Below are positions 25,313-38,450 of a stretch of 64,000 bases of DNA, one piece after another. The notes beneath the pieces are model-generated. The model was not told where the DNA came from. It made no database searches and was given only the letters and a program-made list of their open reading frames with translations. The stretch is from Octopus bimaculoides (lineage: Eukaryota), in contig NC_068989.1 in assembly GCF_001194135.2 (NCBI RefSeq), positions 68,990,713-69,054,712 on the forward strand, given 5' to 3'. Every line of letters starts with the position of its first letter. Within the stretch, counting starts at the first letter, position 1. The position numbers and the translations under genes were made by a program.

Positions 25313-25347
25313 GGTATCCAGCGAAAACCACCCTCCTTATCAAACAG
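25313..25347 (+). other. Candidate short exon, probably UTR
   Basis: Strong acceptor cttttcttttttcgtcttgcag|GG with a ttgac branch-like site. Donor CAG|gtttgg, or TG|gtacgg at 25353. Confidence 0.5.
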
Positions 25348-25549
25348 GTTTGGTACGGTTGCCAGTTTAGTCGCCATCAGCCCGACCATGCAACAGTTTG
25401 TATTGGGTTACATGCTACCAATATTACAAACAGTGACCTGATTTACATACATACGTACATACATACAGACATAGACGCGTACATATCAAGTAAATTATTT
25501 AAGTCAATGACCTTTTCTCCAGTCCTTCGTTACCACTATGAACACAACC

Positions 25550-27102
25550 CCTACTACTACTAACACCACCACCAACAACAACAATAACAAACATATTAAA
25601 GCAACACAGTAACATCAACATCGTTGGAACAGTCAGATAATCTCTGTGAACTTGCTAGTTTAATTATAATGACAAATTAGTCGGCTTTAACGAACCCTAT
25701 ACATAAGATTATCCAGCTATGTTCACTGGAGCTTAAAATCTCTTCGCTTTAGTCTATTGTAATAACGTCTGTTTCCAAAGCACGTGTAGAATTTTCACTG
25801 TCATGGTCGGACTTTGTAGAAAGTAGTATAATGTACGAGAAATTTTTTATATGTATGTGTCTGTATATTCTTTTATTCTTTTATTTGTTTCAGTCATTTG
25901 ACTGCGGCCATGCTGGAGCACCGCCTTGGGGGTGGGGGGTGGGGGGGTCTTAGTTGAACAAATCGACCCAAGGACTTATTTTTTAAAGCCTAGTACTTAA
26001 TTCTATCCGTGTCTTTTGCCGAACCGCTAAGATACTNNNNNNNNNNNNNNNNNNNNNNNNNNNNNNNNNNNNNNNNNNNNNNNNNNNNNNNNNNNNNNNN
26101 NNNNNNNNNNNNNNNNNNNNNNNNNNNNNNNNNNNNNNNNNNNNNNNNNNNNNNNNNNNNNNNNNNNNNNNNNNNNNNNNNNNNNNNNNNNNNNNNNNNN
26201 NNNNNNNNNNNNNNNNNNNNNNNNNNNNNNNNNNNNNNNNNNNNNNNNNNNNNNNNNNNNNNNNNNNNNNNNNNNNNNNNNNNNNNNNNNNNNNNNNNNN
26301 NNNNNNNNNNNNNNNNNNNNNNNNNNNNNNNNNNNNNNNNNNNNNNNNNNNNNNNNNNNNNNNNNNNNNNNNNNNNNNNNNNNNNNNNNNNNNNNNNNNN
26401 NNNNNNNNNNNNNNNNNNNNNNNNNNNNNNNNNNNNNNNNNNNNNNNNNNNNNNNNNNNNNNNNNNNNNNNNNNNNNNNNNNNNNNNNNNNNNNNNNNNN
26501 NNNNNNNNNNNNNNNNNNNNNGTATATATATATATATATTTGCATATATGTATATATTCAGAGAGAGAGAGAAATAGAGAGCTGTATATATATAGATATA
26601 TGAATGTATATATGTATGTAATTATGTTTTTCTTAGAGTTTTATGCAAGTTCTTCGAATGTATGTATGTATGTATGTATGTATGGATGGATGGATGGATG
26701 GATGGATGGATGTGTGTGCGTGTATATATATATATATGCATGTATATGTATGTATGTATGTATGTATGTACCTATTACTTTTAGAAAATAGACATTCCCA
26801 GTATAAGCTGGTCTATCACTAATTTCAATCGTAATATTGAGGGAGACCTCAGTGGAGTACTCTTGCCGGGAAATTAACAGATTATCAACGGTCACTGAGA
26901 TATGCAATCACCTTTGCATTCATCCGCACGCTGGTGATGACATCACGTGTATCTTAAATTTCATTGCCAAGACCACGTCAGACTGTAATAGAACAATGTG
27001 TAGGTGAGATGTTAATGAAATGAAAAGAAGGAGGGGGTAGTCTATGAAGTATTTAAGTATTTAAAAGAATATACATACATACACACGTACATACATACGT
27101 AC

Positions 27103-27135
<33 letters not shown>

Positions 27136-27428
27136 TGTATGTATGTATGTATGTATGAAACATCTGCAACTTTACAACTAATTCCATATTTAGGGAGACC
27201 CAACTGATTTGTTCTTCTCGAAAGATTAATGAAATATTATCAATGGATAATATACCTTGAAATACATTTGGGTTTGTTCACATCTACACTGGCCGTGACA
27301 TCACGTGTCCTGATGATTTCATTGTCAAGATCATTGCCGAAGATGCAAGTGATGGTGTGCAAGTGGGTTATTAATAGAATTAGGAGGTGGTCTGTGACGT
27401 ATTTCGGTATTTAAGAGAAAATGCAATT
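25550..27428. repeat. Copy 2 of the inverted duplication (element B, SINE plus gap, block A')
   Basis: Reverse-complement homology to 11936-13870. Confidence 0.85.
25870..26036 (-). mobile_element. SINE family B, 3' part
   Basis: ttgtttcagtcatttgactgcggccatgctggagcaccgcc...gtcttttgccgaaccgctaag. Confidence 0.85.
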
Positions 27429-27876
27429 ACCATAGACGTACAAGCACACCCGTATGTTCATTCATATATAGATATATCCATATATACATACATATATCAT
27501 ACATACATATGTACATACACACTTATAGATATTCTTAGAAAACGTGTAGAAATGCAGACATACGTCCATACATAAATGAGATTTGCAACTCGATTTCAAG
27601 TAATGCCAACGCTTGGTTGTTCTATTACACAAGAGAAGCACTGATACGGCTGTTCAGTACTGCTAGGGACTTACACTATCTTGTACAGATGTGGCATTGA
27701 TGGGCGACTTTTTCAGTAGGTGTTATTGTTTTACATACACACACATATATATATATATATATATACATAAAAACATATACATAAATATATATAGAGAGAG
27801 AGACTTAGAAATATTTATATATATNNNNNNNNNNNNNNNNNNNNNNNNNNNNNNNNNNNNNNNNNNNNNNNNNNNN

Positions 27877-27915
<39 letters not shown>

Positions 27916-28342
27916 TTGGTGTGACTTTAAACTGCAACCGATAGCGTGACACTTGTACGGGAGTTCCAAGGTTTTGAGGAGTGTGGAACCACCACTTAGC
28001 TATTATTGTTCCCAGATCTACTCTGACCTGGGAATAGCACTTGTTAGGGTTCCAGCTACGTGTTAATTAGCACGTGAACCACTAGCAGTGAAGGAACCCT
28101 AGCTATCGTTAGAATTTCCGTCTTGAGGAAGGTAACCTCGTATAAATAGAAAACCTGATGTGCAGTTGGTTTCTGCAGGTTTCAACTTCAGTTGTTCCTC
28201 TAAGTCTTATAGCTGATTGCGCTGAGAAGTGAGTTCGGCGTTGTGCAACACTTTATCCGCTGAAAACAAATTCACGCACAAGAACTTCTTGGACTCTCGG
28301 AACGTTAGCGCAGACTTACTGAGTTTAGGAAGTAGTCTTCTG

Positions 28343-28375
<33 letters not shown>

Positions 28376-28737
28376 CATGCATGCATCATACAGATACATG
28401 ATTGTCGTTTTTATACAAGCAGCCATTTTGCTTTCTTTCAGTTACTGTTATTAATCCTTTTGATTTCAGCGTCGATGGAAACATACTATCATGTAACCAT
28501 AGCAGAAAATTGACAAAATTGCTTATTTTCTTTTTCTTTTTCTGTTATCGACCAATCAGATCGCCTACTTTTGACACGTTTCTTTTTTCGATGAACAACT
28601 GAACAACTCCTAGAACCTATTTTTCTCGAATTTAAGGTACTGTTTTCTAAACATTCAGTCAAGTTTTAAAGGAATGCAATAGAATTCCACGCTTCACAAA
28701 ACGCCGAACTCTCACAATTAACACGCACGCAAATGCA

Positions 28738-28775
<38 letters not shown>

Positions 28776-28894
28776 TACATACATACATTCTCTCGTGCAC
28801 CCATGTGCTTATATACACATTTGAACATAGAATGTAAAAAGCTGGAAGAAATACCAGCTCTCTAGATTCTCNNNNNNNNNNNNNNNNNNNNNNC

Positions 28895-29042
28895 GAAGCC
28901 ATCAACCCCAGTACCTGACTGGTTCTTTATTTTATCAGCCCTCAAAGGGAGGATGTGCAAAGTTGGCATTTGAACTCAGGGGCTAAAGATCCGGTAGAAA
29001 TGCCGTAATCCAATGTACTAACGATTCTGCCAGCTGACTAGC

Positions 29043-29113
<71 letters not shown>

Positions 29114-29765
29114 TTTTTCTAATTTTGGCACAAAGTCGGAAATTTGGAGAGAAGGTGGTAAGTCGATTACATCGACGCTAGTACTTGTCTCGTACTTAAT
29201 TTTATTGACCCTGAAAGGATAAAAGACAAAGTTGATTTCGGCGTTATTTGAACTCAGACCGTAAAGGGTCGGAAGAAAGACCGCAAAACATATCGTCTGA
29301 TGCACTAATGATTCTACCAGCTCACCGCTTTGCTTCAAATTTGGGCACGAGGCCAGCAATTTTGTGGAGAGGCAGCAAGTTGATTACATTGACTCCCCAC
29401 ACCCTCTCCCACTCTCAGTAGTTGAGTGAGACTTATTTTATCGATTTCAAAAGAATGAAAGGCAAAGTCAACTTGCCAGAATTTGAAATCAGAACGTAAC
29501 GAGCCAGGGAAAATGCTGCGAAGTATTTTGTCCGACATACAAATGATTCTTTCAGATCATCATTCTAACAATGAGAACAACTACAGTGACAATCGTAATG
29601 TCTTCTGAATTGAGCACAAGGCTGGAAATATGGAAGAAAAAAAAAGGTGAGTCAATGCCCTAAACTCCAGTTGACTTTAGCAGGTTTGAAATCAAAACGT
29701 CACGAGCCGGAACACATACTGCAAATAATTTATTTCGCAACATTGCAACGAATCTGCCAGCTCAT
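28895..29765 (-). mobile_element. Array of four head-to-tail degenerate SINE family A copies
   Basis: Four successive cores ending ...acgattctgccagct..., with a (taa)n run between the first two. Confidence 0.8.
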
Positions 29766-29777
29766 TAATAATGCAAC

Positions 29778-30010
29778 ATAGTAATATTAGTGTTGCTGTA
29801 ACAATCAGATAATCCCAGTGTAGTTACTAGCTTAATTATAACGGCAAATTAGTCGACTTTAACGAACCCTTTACATAAGATTATCCAGCTATGTTCACTG
29901 GAGCTTAAAATCTCTTCATTTTAACCTCTCGTAAAAACGTCTGTTTTAGTAACACGTGTAGAATTTTCATGGTCAGACTTCGCAGAATTCACTAGAATAT
30001 ACGAGATTAT
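29778..30010 (+). repeat. Element B copy 3
   Basis: aattagtcgactttaacgaaccctttacataagattatccagctatgttcactggagcttaaaatctc...acacgtgtagaattttca. Confidence 0.9.
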
Positions 30011-30014
30011 GTTT

Positions 30015-30060
<46 letters not shown>

Positions 30061-30098
30061 TGTATACATATGTATGTATGTAAATATGAATGCATAAA

Positions 30099-30135
<37 letters not shown>

Positions 30136-30774
30136 GCGTGTACACATATATACATACATACAAATTATAAAATCTGGTAATTAATCATATATTAATTAAT
30201 ATCGATTAATTATCAGGAGGCCAGCACATCTAAAGAATCAAAGAGATTCAGAAATAGTATCTGCAATCTCAGGGGATTAAGGTACATTTTTAAAAAATAA
30301 CGTTGACCACTAACGTGNNNNNNNNNNNNNNNNNNNNNNNNNNNNNNNNNNNNNNNNNNNNNNNNNNNNNNNNNNNNNNNNNNNNNNNNNNNNNNNNNNN
30401 NNNNNNNNNNNNNNNNNNNNNNNNNNNNNNNNNNNNNNNNNNNNNNNNNNNNNNNNNNNNNNNNNNNNNNNNNNNNNNNNNNNNNNNNNNNNNNNNNNNN
30501 NNNNNNNNNNNNNNNNNNNNNNNNNNNNNNNNNNNNNNNNNNNNNNNNNNNNNNNNNNNNNNNNNNNNNNNNNNNNNNNNNNNNNNNNNNNNNNNNNNNN
30601 NNNNNNNNNNNNNNNNNNNNNNNNNNNNNNNNNNNNNNNNNNNNNNNNNNNNNNNNNNNNNNNNNNNNNNNNNNNNNNNNNNNNNNNNNNNNNNNNNNNN
30701 NNNNNNNNNNNNNNNNNNNNNNNNNNNNNNNNNNNNNNNNNNNNNNNNNNNNNNNNNNNNNNNNNNNNNNNNNN

Positions 30775-30822
<48 letters not shown>

Positions 30823-31207
30823 TATGTAGTTACAGGACGTCACAAAATGTAAACATGAAATACGATGACAAAATTTTGTATGCGAACAACGAGAGAAACA
30901 AATGGAAAACAAGATAAGTAACATAAAAAATGACCCTTCATCAAAGACACAACACGCCGCTGGGAACCGGCCTCACGACCTCTCGATCGTGAGCTGAATA
31001 TCTCTAACCACTTAGCCACGCTCTACAAGTATTAAAAAAGAAAAAGAAAGTGTACTCCGGATATTGTAATTTAAGGTGAACTATTTAAAAAGACGGGGTA
31101 ATAACGGTTTAATTTCTTCCCCTTGTGGGTCTACTGGATCAGGTTTGACCTGGGGGTTAAACAACAACTATATCAACATTTGGTCGATTTTAACATGATG
31201 ATTCTTG

Positions 31208-31395
31208 GTAAGGCGGCGAGCTGGGTAAAATGCTTAGCGGCATTTCGTCTGTCTTTTTATTCTGGGTTCAAATTCTGCTGAGGTCGACTTTACCTTTCGG
31301 CGATCGATAAATTAAGTGCAATTTGGACACTGGGATCGATGTAATCGAATAGCCCCAACCCCCCAAAATTCCTTGCCTTGTGCCAAAATTTGAAG
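31208..31395 (+). mobile_element. SINE family A with internal deletion
   Basis: taaggcggcgagctgggtaaaatgcttagcggcatttcgtc...gaggtcgactttacctttcgg. Confidence 0.8.
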
Positions 31396-31584
31396 GCAAT
31401 ATGATGACTCTTAATATCTTGTTTTTAGAGCCAGTTTGTGTTCGGCGTTGCTGTTGTTTTATCCTTTCTAAGCCAATCAATTAAGTATTTCATCTGATGT
31501 GATTTGTAATTAAATTCATTGAACTGTAAGGAATGCGAAGATAAACACGGAAGCAAAAAGGGGGGAGGGAAGTAACTAAACGGG

Positions 31585-31985
31585 CGCAAGTATGGTTATG
31601 TGGTTAAGAAGCTCACTTTGTAACCATGTGCTCTCAGGTTCAGTCCCTCTGCATGGTACTCTGGGCAAATGACTTCTACCATAGCTCGAGCCCGCCAATG
31701 CCTTGTGAATGAACTTAATCGGCAGAAACTGTGTGGAAGCCCGTTGTATGTATATATATATATGCGTGTGTCTTCGTGTTTGTGTTTGTCCCCTTTCTCA
31801 AATGTTTGACAACCGGTATTTGTTTGTTTACCCACATAACTCAGCGATTCGGTAAAAGACACCATCAGAGTAAATACCAGGTTTAAAAAAAAATAAGTAC
31901 TAGGATCGATTTGTAACGGCTAAAACCCTTCAAGTCGGTGCCGCAGCAGGGCTGCAGTCCGATGACTAAAACAAGTTAGAGATGA
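31585..31985 (+). mobile_element. SINE family B, degenerate full-length copy
   Basis: tRNA-like head, internal microsatellite, tail gcagtccgatgactaaaacaag. Confidence 0.8.
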
Positions 31986-32163
31986 AAGATAAAGGATAAC
32001 ATTGATTAGCAGACCAAGACATTTTTTTATAGCCGTTGTCATGGATTACAATTCGAAACGAGTTTCAACATCATCGATGCTAAGACGACTTTCCTATATA
32101 CTGGTTTTGTATTATACACTACTACCATCATCTTTACACAACTTCTAGGTTATAGACAGTCTC

Positions 32164-32219
<56 letters not shown>

Positions 32220-32823
32220 ACGCAAACAAATACGTTAGAGTAGAAAGATATGTTCCCGAAGAAATTCCATTACGACTCTATTTTTGATTACCGATGATAG
32301 TTATTTCAAAATTTTAATTATGCCAACGTGGGAAACAAGAACGTCACAAATGTCACATTTTTTTCTATTAGGCTTCATAACTATAACTAGAGAGAGTTTC
32401 AAAAATAGTGAAAACTACAGGAAACCAATCAGCTCTTTTTTTTCATTCTTTGACACTATCGTGGAAAGTATCATCTGAATGTACGAACATATACCGTTGT
32501 TTTGTTTTATTTTGGTTTTCATATAGTTAATACACTCGTACAATGATAGCCGTGTGGTTAAGCAATATGGCTTTACCCCAAGAGGGTTCGACCCCACTAC
32601 GCGAGTCTTTTTCGTTTTCTGTGGCGACAGGTTAACTGTGGCTGTGTTTGTGTATATTAGTATAAAATGGTGAATAGTCATCGAATTACATCTCTTTGCC
32701 GAAACTCTAGCTTGATCAGCTATTTGGTAAGGATAAATTGGTAAAATATGTACCAGATTGTTATACTCCTGGGACAAATAACAAAAAATTCCTTGACTGA
32801 AACCAGCGAAATACTAGTTTAAG

Positions 32824-32887
32824 ATGGCCACTTATCAAGATTCACAACCAGGAACTGCTGAGGCTAAACGTTATAGCTTGAAGAAAT
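32824..32887 (+). CDS. Probable first coding exon of the plus-strand gene (MATYQDSQPGTAEAKRYSLKK + 1 nt)
   Basis: aagATGG start with an in-frame TAG 9 nt upstream. It is the only frame open to a perfect donor AAT|gtaagt, phase 1. Confidence 0.65.
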
Positions 32888-32984
32888 GTAAGTAAATTAT
32901 TTTATAATCTTTATGAATAGTTAATGTTAATTTAGCTGTTCTTTAAGATATTTTGCAATCGTCATCTGTGATAAAATATACAGA

Positions 32985-33180
32985 AGACACTTGGTCAAGA
33001 TGCCACGTAGCGGGACTGAACCCGAAACTATGTGGTCGGCAAGAAGCTTGCTTCACAACCACATGAATCCGGGAGCAGTCCCACTGTGTGACACCGTGGC
33101 CAAGTGTCTTCTCCTATAGCCTCGGGCCGACCAAAGCCTTGTGAGTGAGTTTGGTAAAGAGAAATTGAAAGAAATCATCC
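32985..33180. mobile_element. Two SINE family B heads arranged head-to-head
   Basis: gaagacacttggtcaagatgccacgtagcgggactgaaccc (minus) followed by gggagcagtcccactgtgtgacaccgtggccaagtgtcttc (plus). Confidence 0.75.
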
Positions 33181-33427
33181 ATATGTATATGTATGTGTGT
33201 GCGAGTGTCTTTGAACGCAGAACTTCTGGGGAAACTGCACTGCATTAACCAATGTCTTTATCCACTATGTTAAGCTCATAGGCAGAGTCAGGGTGAATTT
33301 TTAAGGCTTGTAAACTCCTATTAAATATCTTATGTTGCCTCACTACCGATTAGATGATGCCATTCTATATCGTACACGATTTTGTATTGTATGATACAGA
33401 TCTATATTGTATGTATGTATGTGTGTG

Positions 33428-33459
<32 letters not shown>

Positions 33460-33868
33460 NNNNNNNNNNNNNNNNNNNNNNNNNNNNNNNNNNNNNNNNN
33501 NNNNNNNNNNNNNNNNNNNNNNNNNNNNNNNNNNNNNNNNNNNNNNNNNNNNNNNNNNNNNNNNNNNNNNNNNNNNNNNNNNNNNNNNNNNNNNNNNNNN
33601 NNNNNNNNNNNNNNNNNNNNNNNNNNNNNNNNNNNNNNNNNNNNNNNNNNNNNNNNNNNNNNNNNNNNNNNNNNNNNNNNNNNNNNNNNNNNNNNNNNNN
33701 NNNNNNNNNNNNNNNNNNNNNNNNNNNNNNNNNNNNNNNNNNNNNNNNNNNNNNNNNNNNNNNNNNNNNNNNNNNNNNNNNNNNNNNNNNNNNNNNNNNN
33801 NNNNNNNNNNNNNNNNNNNNNNNNNNNNNNNNNNNNNNNNNNNNNNNNNNNNNATATATATATATATA

Positions 33869-35290
33869 CTAGCTGAATGACCTGGTGTTGCCTGGGTTAC
33901 TGCTGTTCTTATTCAGATTAGTAAACAATAAATATAAAGATATATTCTCATAGTTATTTCAAAATATCTATATTTTTTTTTTAATATCCAAATTGTAGTG
34001 ATAAAAGAATTTCGAACTGAAAATCTGTCACTGTTGAAGCACCTCAGGGTAAACAATATTCATTGTGTAATTTTTTGTTGGTGTCGAAATGAATAAATTG
34101 TTGCTGCTTCCAAGTCGCGAGCAAGCAACATAGAGTTGGTTGTGGGAGAAGCATGTAGTAGAGAGATTAAGTCCAACTACATTGAGGGGTTGACCCTGAG
34201 GTTTGTTAATTGAAATACCAAAACTTAATTTGACTGGAAACTGAAGCGTTTTAAATCTAAATGGAACATCTGTAGGTATGAGGGGGACTTTTGGAATAAA
34301 GACATTTTGTCCTTTGTGATTACCTGCTATGATTGTTGTCTGTAGGACATGGGGTTTCATGGAAGTAACAATTAAGCGAGTTCCTTTACACAGGTGAGAT
34401 GGGTCAAGATTCCTAAGCAACATAATGAGAGCACCCAGTTTTAGTGTCAAGTTATGCAGTGGCATCCCAGTGGGTTTAAGTGCGTTCAGAAATTCAACAG
34501 GGTATTGAACAACCTGATCTTGATCGACTGTTCTCAATTGATTTAAATGTTATTTCTGGTGTATCTGTAAACTTTTGAAGAAATTCCTGATTGAGTTTAT
34601 CAACCATTTCATTAGTTGGAATCAGTATGGCTCTTTCACATAACCAGTTTACATCCGTGTAATTGACAGATAAATCAGGAAATACTTTATCCATAAGATC
34701 CCTAAGAGTGTCCTTTGATCGCATGTAATTTCATGTAGCTGAATTCTTGAGATGAATGTTAATATCCCATTACCACTCTTAAGAAGCTCATATGATCACC
34801 TTGTAGAAGTATTCTCATGTTGCTTGTACAATGAAGTTTTTTCGTGTCTCCAAAGGTACGATTTTTGTAAGCATGCATTGACCTCGTTAGCTTTTGATTC
34901 TTTGGGGATAACTGGCAACGTTTGACAAAAATTTCCTGCAAGAAGAATTGTTATTCCTCCCATGAGCGTGCTATAGTTTTTTGTCCTGGAGGTTACGGTC
35001 AAGTACCTCTAGAGCTCCATGATGTGACAAAGTGCACTCATCCCAAACAATGAGGCAGGTTTGTTGGAGAACTGTTGCCATTGCAGAGTTCTTGGAAATG
35101 TTTCACATTTGAGATTCTTTCGTTACAGGGTTTAGAGGGAGCTTGAACATAGAATTGGCAGCTCTTCCCCCATTGAGGAGGATAGCTGCAATACCAGAAG
35201 ATGCGACACTGGAAGAAAGTTAGATTTTATTTCCTCCCTTTTAGGATTGCAGGTGAAAGTGACAAAAGTTTTCGAATGTGTAAGGAACAT
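33869..35290 (-). mobile_element. Helitron remnant: PIF1-like helicase C-terminus, a short Rep fragment and an intact 3' terminus
   Basis: FVTFTCNPK (Rep), LIVWDEC, LLAGNFCQTLPVIP, YPVEFLN...LRNLDP...LQFPVKLSFGISINKPQGQ...FSHNQLYVACSR. The 3' hairpin and CTAG sit at 33869-33899, next to (TA)n. Confidence 0.95.
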
Positions 35291-35301
35291 GCGCGTGCGC
35301 A

Positions 35302-35351
<50 letters not shown>

Positions 35352-36289
35352 AACTCTGCTTTATATATTAAGATATATATACATTAGTTACCTCTGTTTC
35401 TTTCTCTCAATCGATATCCACCTCTACCTATTCACTCCATTTCCCAAATTGTCCTCCCACCACGCATATATCATGCATGAATTTGTATCTCTGTCTCTGT
35501 CTATCAATCTCTCTCTCTCCTTCCCTCTCTCTTTCTCATTGTCTATACCTTTGTTATTTAATCACGTCCCCTCTCTAATTCCATCTATCTGTTTTAGATA
35601 TCTTTCTCCTTTCCACTTCTCCCTTCTATTCATGCTGTCTCTTTCTCTCTCATTTCTTCCATTCCTCACTATATATCACTGTCTGCACATCTGGTTGTCT
35701 GTCTTGCTAGGCACTGGCTGCTACCTGGCTATTTCACTATCCCCCCCCTCTCTCTCTCTCTCTCTGTTAACCTCCCACATATTTATTTATCTATCTAATC
35801 CACCAATCTTCATAATACGTTCTTTCTTTCTTCCAACTCTCTTAGCATATCTTTTCCACATTCCAATACGGCAGATAAAAAAAGTTTACTAACAAACAGA
35901 AAAGAACCCGTGATCTGGTCTTTCACATCCTTGACTCCATTTTAGACTCCTTTATTAGATTTCAAAAGCTTTTAAAAATTAGTAGCCAGGAAAACACAAC
36001 AAACCAAAAATATGCCTTTCACAAGAACTAGCAACCAAGAAAACACCCAAAGCTTTCAAGTTTCTTTCACTTCTAAATCTTAACCATGCAGACTCAATAT
36101 GGCATCTGGCCAGTCCAGATTTGACATATGTGAAGTCAAACCAATTTAAGATACTCTACTTTCTCAAGAAAAGTATGACTACGTTTTAATCAAACATCAC
36201 GATTACATTTGCAACGTTGTTGAAGACTTGGGAATAATAATATCATAACAAAGATTCTGAGAATTTTAAAAGCCAATTTGAAAACTCTC

Positions 36290-38450
36290 CCAAAAGAAAT
36301 GTCAAAAACTATGACCCAGCATATTGGCCGTATGAATCATCGTGAGTGGAAATTCATCATTTTTGTTATAGATAACTTGATAAAAGAAACCATTATTATT
36401 AAAGGAAATCATTGTTATGAACCTGATGTTTCTTATTGATAAATAGTACAATTTTCTGAAAGATGCAAATAAATGTACGTAGTTTCTTTTAAACAATGAT
36501 GTGATAAGAAAATTAACAATGGCGGATATTTTGCTTAGAAGATGGCTTCTGTATGTCGAGAGCACCAAATCAATACAATTTATTGCTTTTGTTGCAAAGT
36601 TTTTGACTTCTCAATTAAGTCATTTTTAAGAAAATCTGGAATTAATGACTGGAAGAATGCTCGTGAATATTTGCAGTCACTTGAAAATTCAATACATCTA
36701 CTGGAATGTTTGAAGAAATGGTCCGAGACTTCCCTGCGAAAGCAGACTAATAAAAATAGGAGAAGCAATCACGTGTGGAAAAAAGAACGATAGCACTGGA
36801 GCGTTTAATGGGCATTAGTCCGTATCTAACTACTGAAACTTCAGGCACATTACTTACTTTGCACACAGGGGTCTTTTTTGTTATTTATAGATCTTACTAA
36901 GCTACTTGGAAGATTTGTAATGGCAATGAACAAACATTCATGTCGAATTATGTTTAAAGAAACTTATATTCACTGTGGCGGGAGAAAATGTTTAGAATGA
37001 AACAATCAATTTGTTGCTGTTTAGAAAAATATATTAAACAGATTAAAGAAAGCACGCATTTCAGTTTTATCTCAGACTGTATGCCAGATATATCATTAGA
37101 TGTAGAAGGTATTTCAATGAAGGAACTTTTCGTGGGCTATGAATCGGTTATAGATATCTTTACTGACAGAGGGTTTTACGAATTTTGATTTTCTGAGAGG
37201 GAGAGAGATAGAGCGAGAGCGAGAGAGAGAGAGACAGAGAGACAGAGAGAGAGAGAGAGAGTCATAATTACGTAACTACAAAGATCAGGCAACGATAATG
37301 GTTCGGATATGAAACATAACAAAGAAGTAGATCAGGCGCGATTCATGAAGACAAATTCACGGGCGTTAAATATGTGTATGTCATAAGCTGAGTCTGAACC
37401 TAGTAGTTGGTGATAGTACAACACACTGCCGAGTATCCATTTCTTGTTTTTTTTTCCTTTATTTGTTTATTTATTCTTTTTATTTACTATATTGACCAAC
37501 GCTTATACGTTTTTTTTTTTTGGCATTTTGTGGACGATGATATGTACAAGAAGAATTTTTTCATGCATGCTTCGTTTCAAAATCTTTTAGCGAGATTAGA
37601 CGAGAGTGCAAATTAGAATGTGTCTCAAGGACTTATAAGACTCCAAGAAGCCTTTTGTAAAACTTTCAGAAATGCCTGCCTCTGCTTCTACAGTCAGATA
37701 TTAAGTAGAGACCTTTCAATCACAAATAGATTACAGTTTTCTAGTAATGATGAATGTCTGGTATGATGTCTTAGGCAGAGTAAAATATGAATTTCAAATT
37801 TTTGCAGAAGGCCAGCAATTTCGAGAGAAGGGTAAATCGATTACATCGACCCCAGGGCTCAACTGGTATTTATTTTATCCACTCCGAAAGGATGAAAGGC
37901 AAAGTCAACCTCGGCAAATTTTGAACTCAGAACGTAAAGACGAACGAAATACCGCTAAGCATTTTAACCGGCGCGCTGACGATTCTGCATGCTCACTGCC
38001 TTTGGGCGAAATTTGAACTCTAAACGTAAAGTCAGACGAACAGGCAAAGTAAATTATTGTCAGCAAAACCATGCAGAAATGCTTGTGTGGAATTGTCTAC
38101 TGCAGTCTCATTACTGCAGTCTCATTACTGCACTAATTACTTAATTCATTATCAAGTAATTAGATATTAAAGAGCACAAGTATCAGTGAGAGAATTAACT
38201 ACAAAATTTGGCGTAAATAAAACAAGAACCGCTTTGAATATGAATGTATTGATAAGGTTTCAAATACAGGTAACCCAGAAAGAAGATTGTTTTTTTTAAA
38301 TCATATGTTCAATACAACATTTGATACAGCTTTTAATTTTTCGCCAAAAAGATTTGAACAGTTTTAACTCGTGGGGTTTTTAAATAACAAAAGATCACGT
38401 TATAGCATTCAGGTTCAGCAGTTCGATCACAGATTAGTGAAAAATGAGAG
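36290..38450 (+). mobile_element. Decayed hAT transposase (ZMYM1-like), interrupted by microsatellite and SINE
   Basis: IYCFCCKVF...GINDWKNAREYLQSLENS, FSFISDCMPDIS, YSFLVMMNVWYDVLGRV, RFEYE...FDTAF...RFEQ. Confidence 0.8.
37785..38040 (-). mobile_element. SINE family A inserted in the hAT remnant
   Basis: cgaaaggatgaaaggcaaagtcaacctcggcaaattttgaactcagaacgtaaagacgaacgaaataccgctaagc. Confidence 0.85.

Noticed and set aside
32824-32887. RBX1/RBX2 identity suggested by KRYSLKK
   Set aside because: No downstream WNAVA exon was found. Joining to the GG-starting acceptor at 43791 gives WRLSG then a stop.
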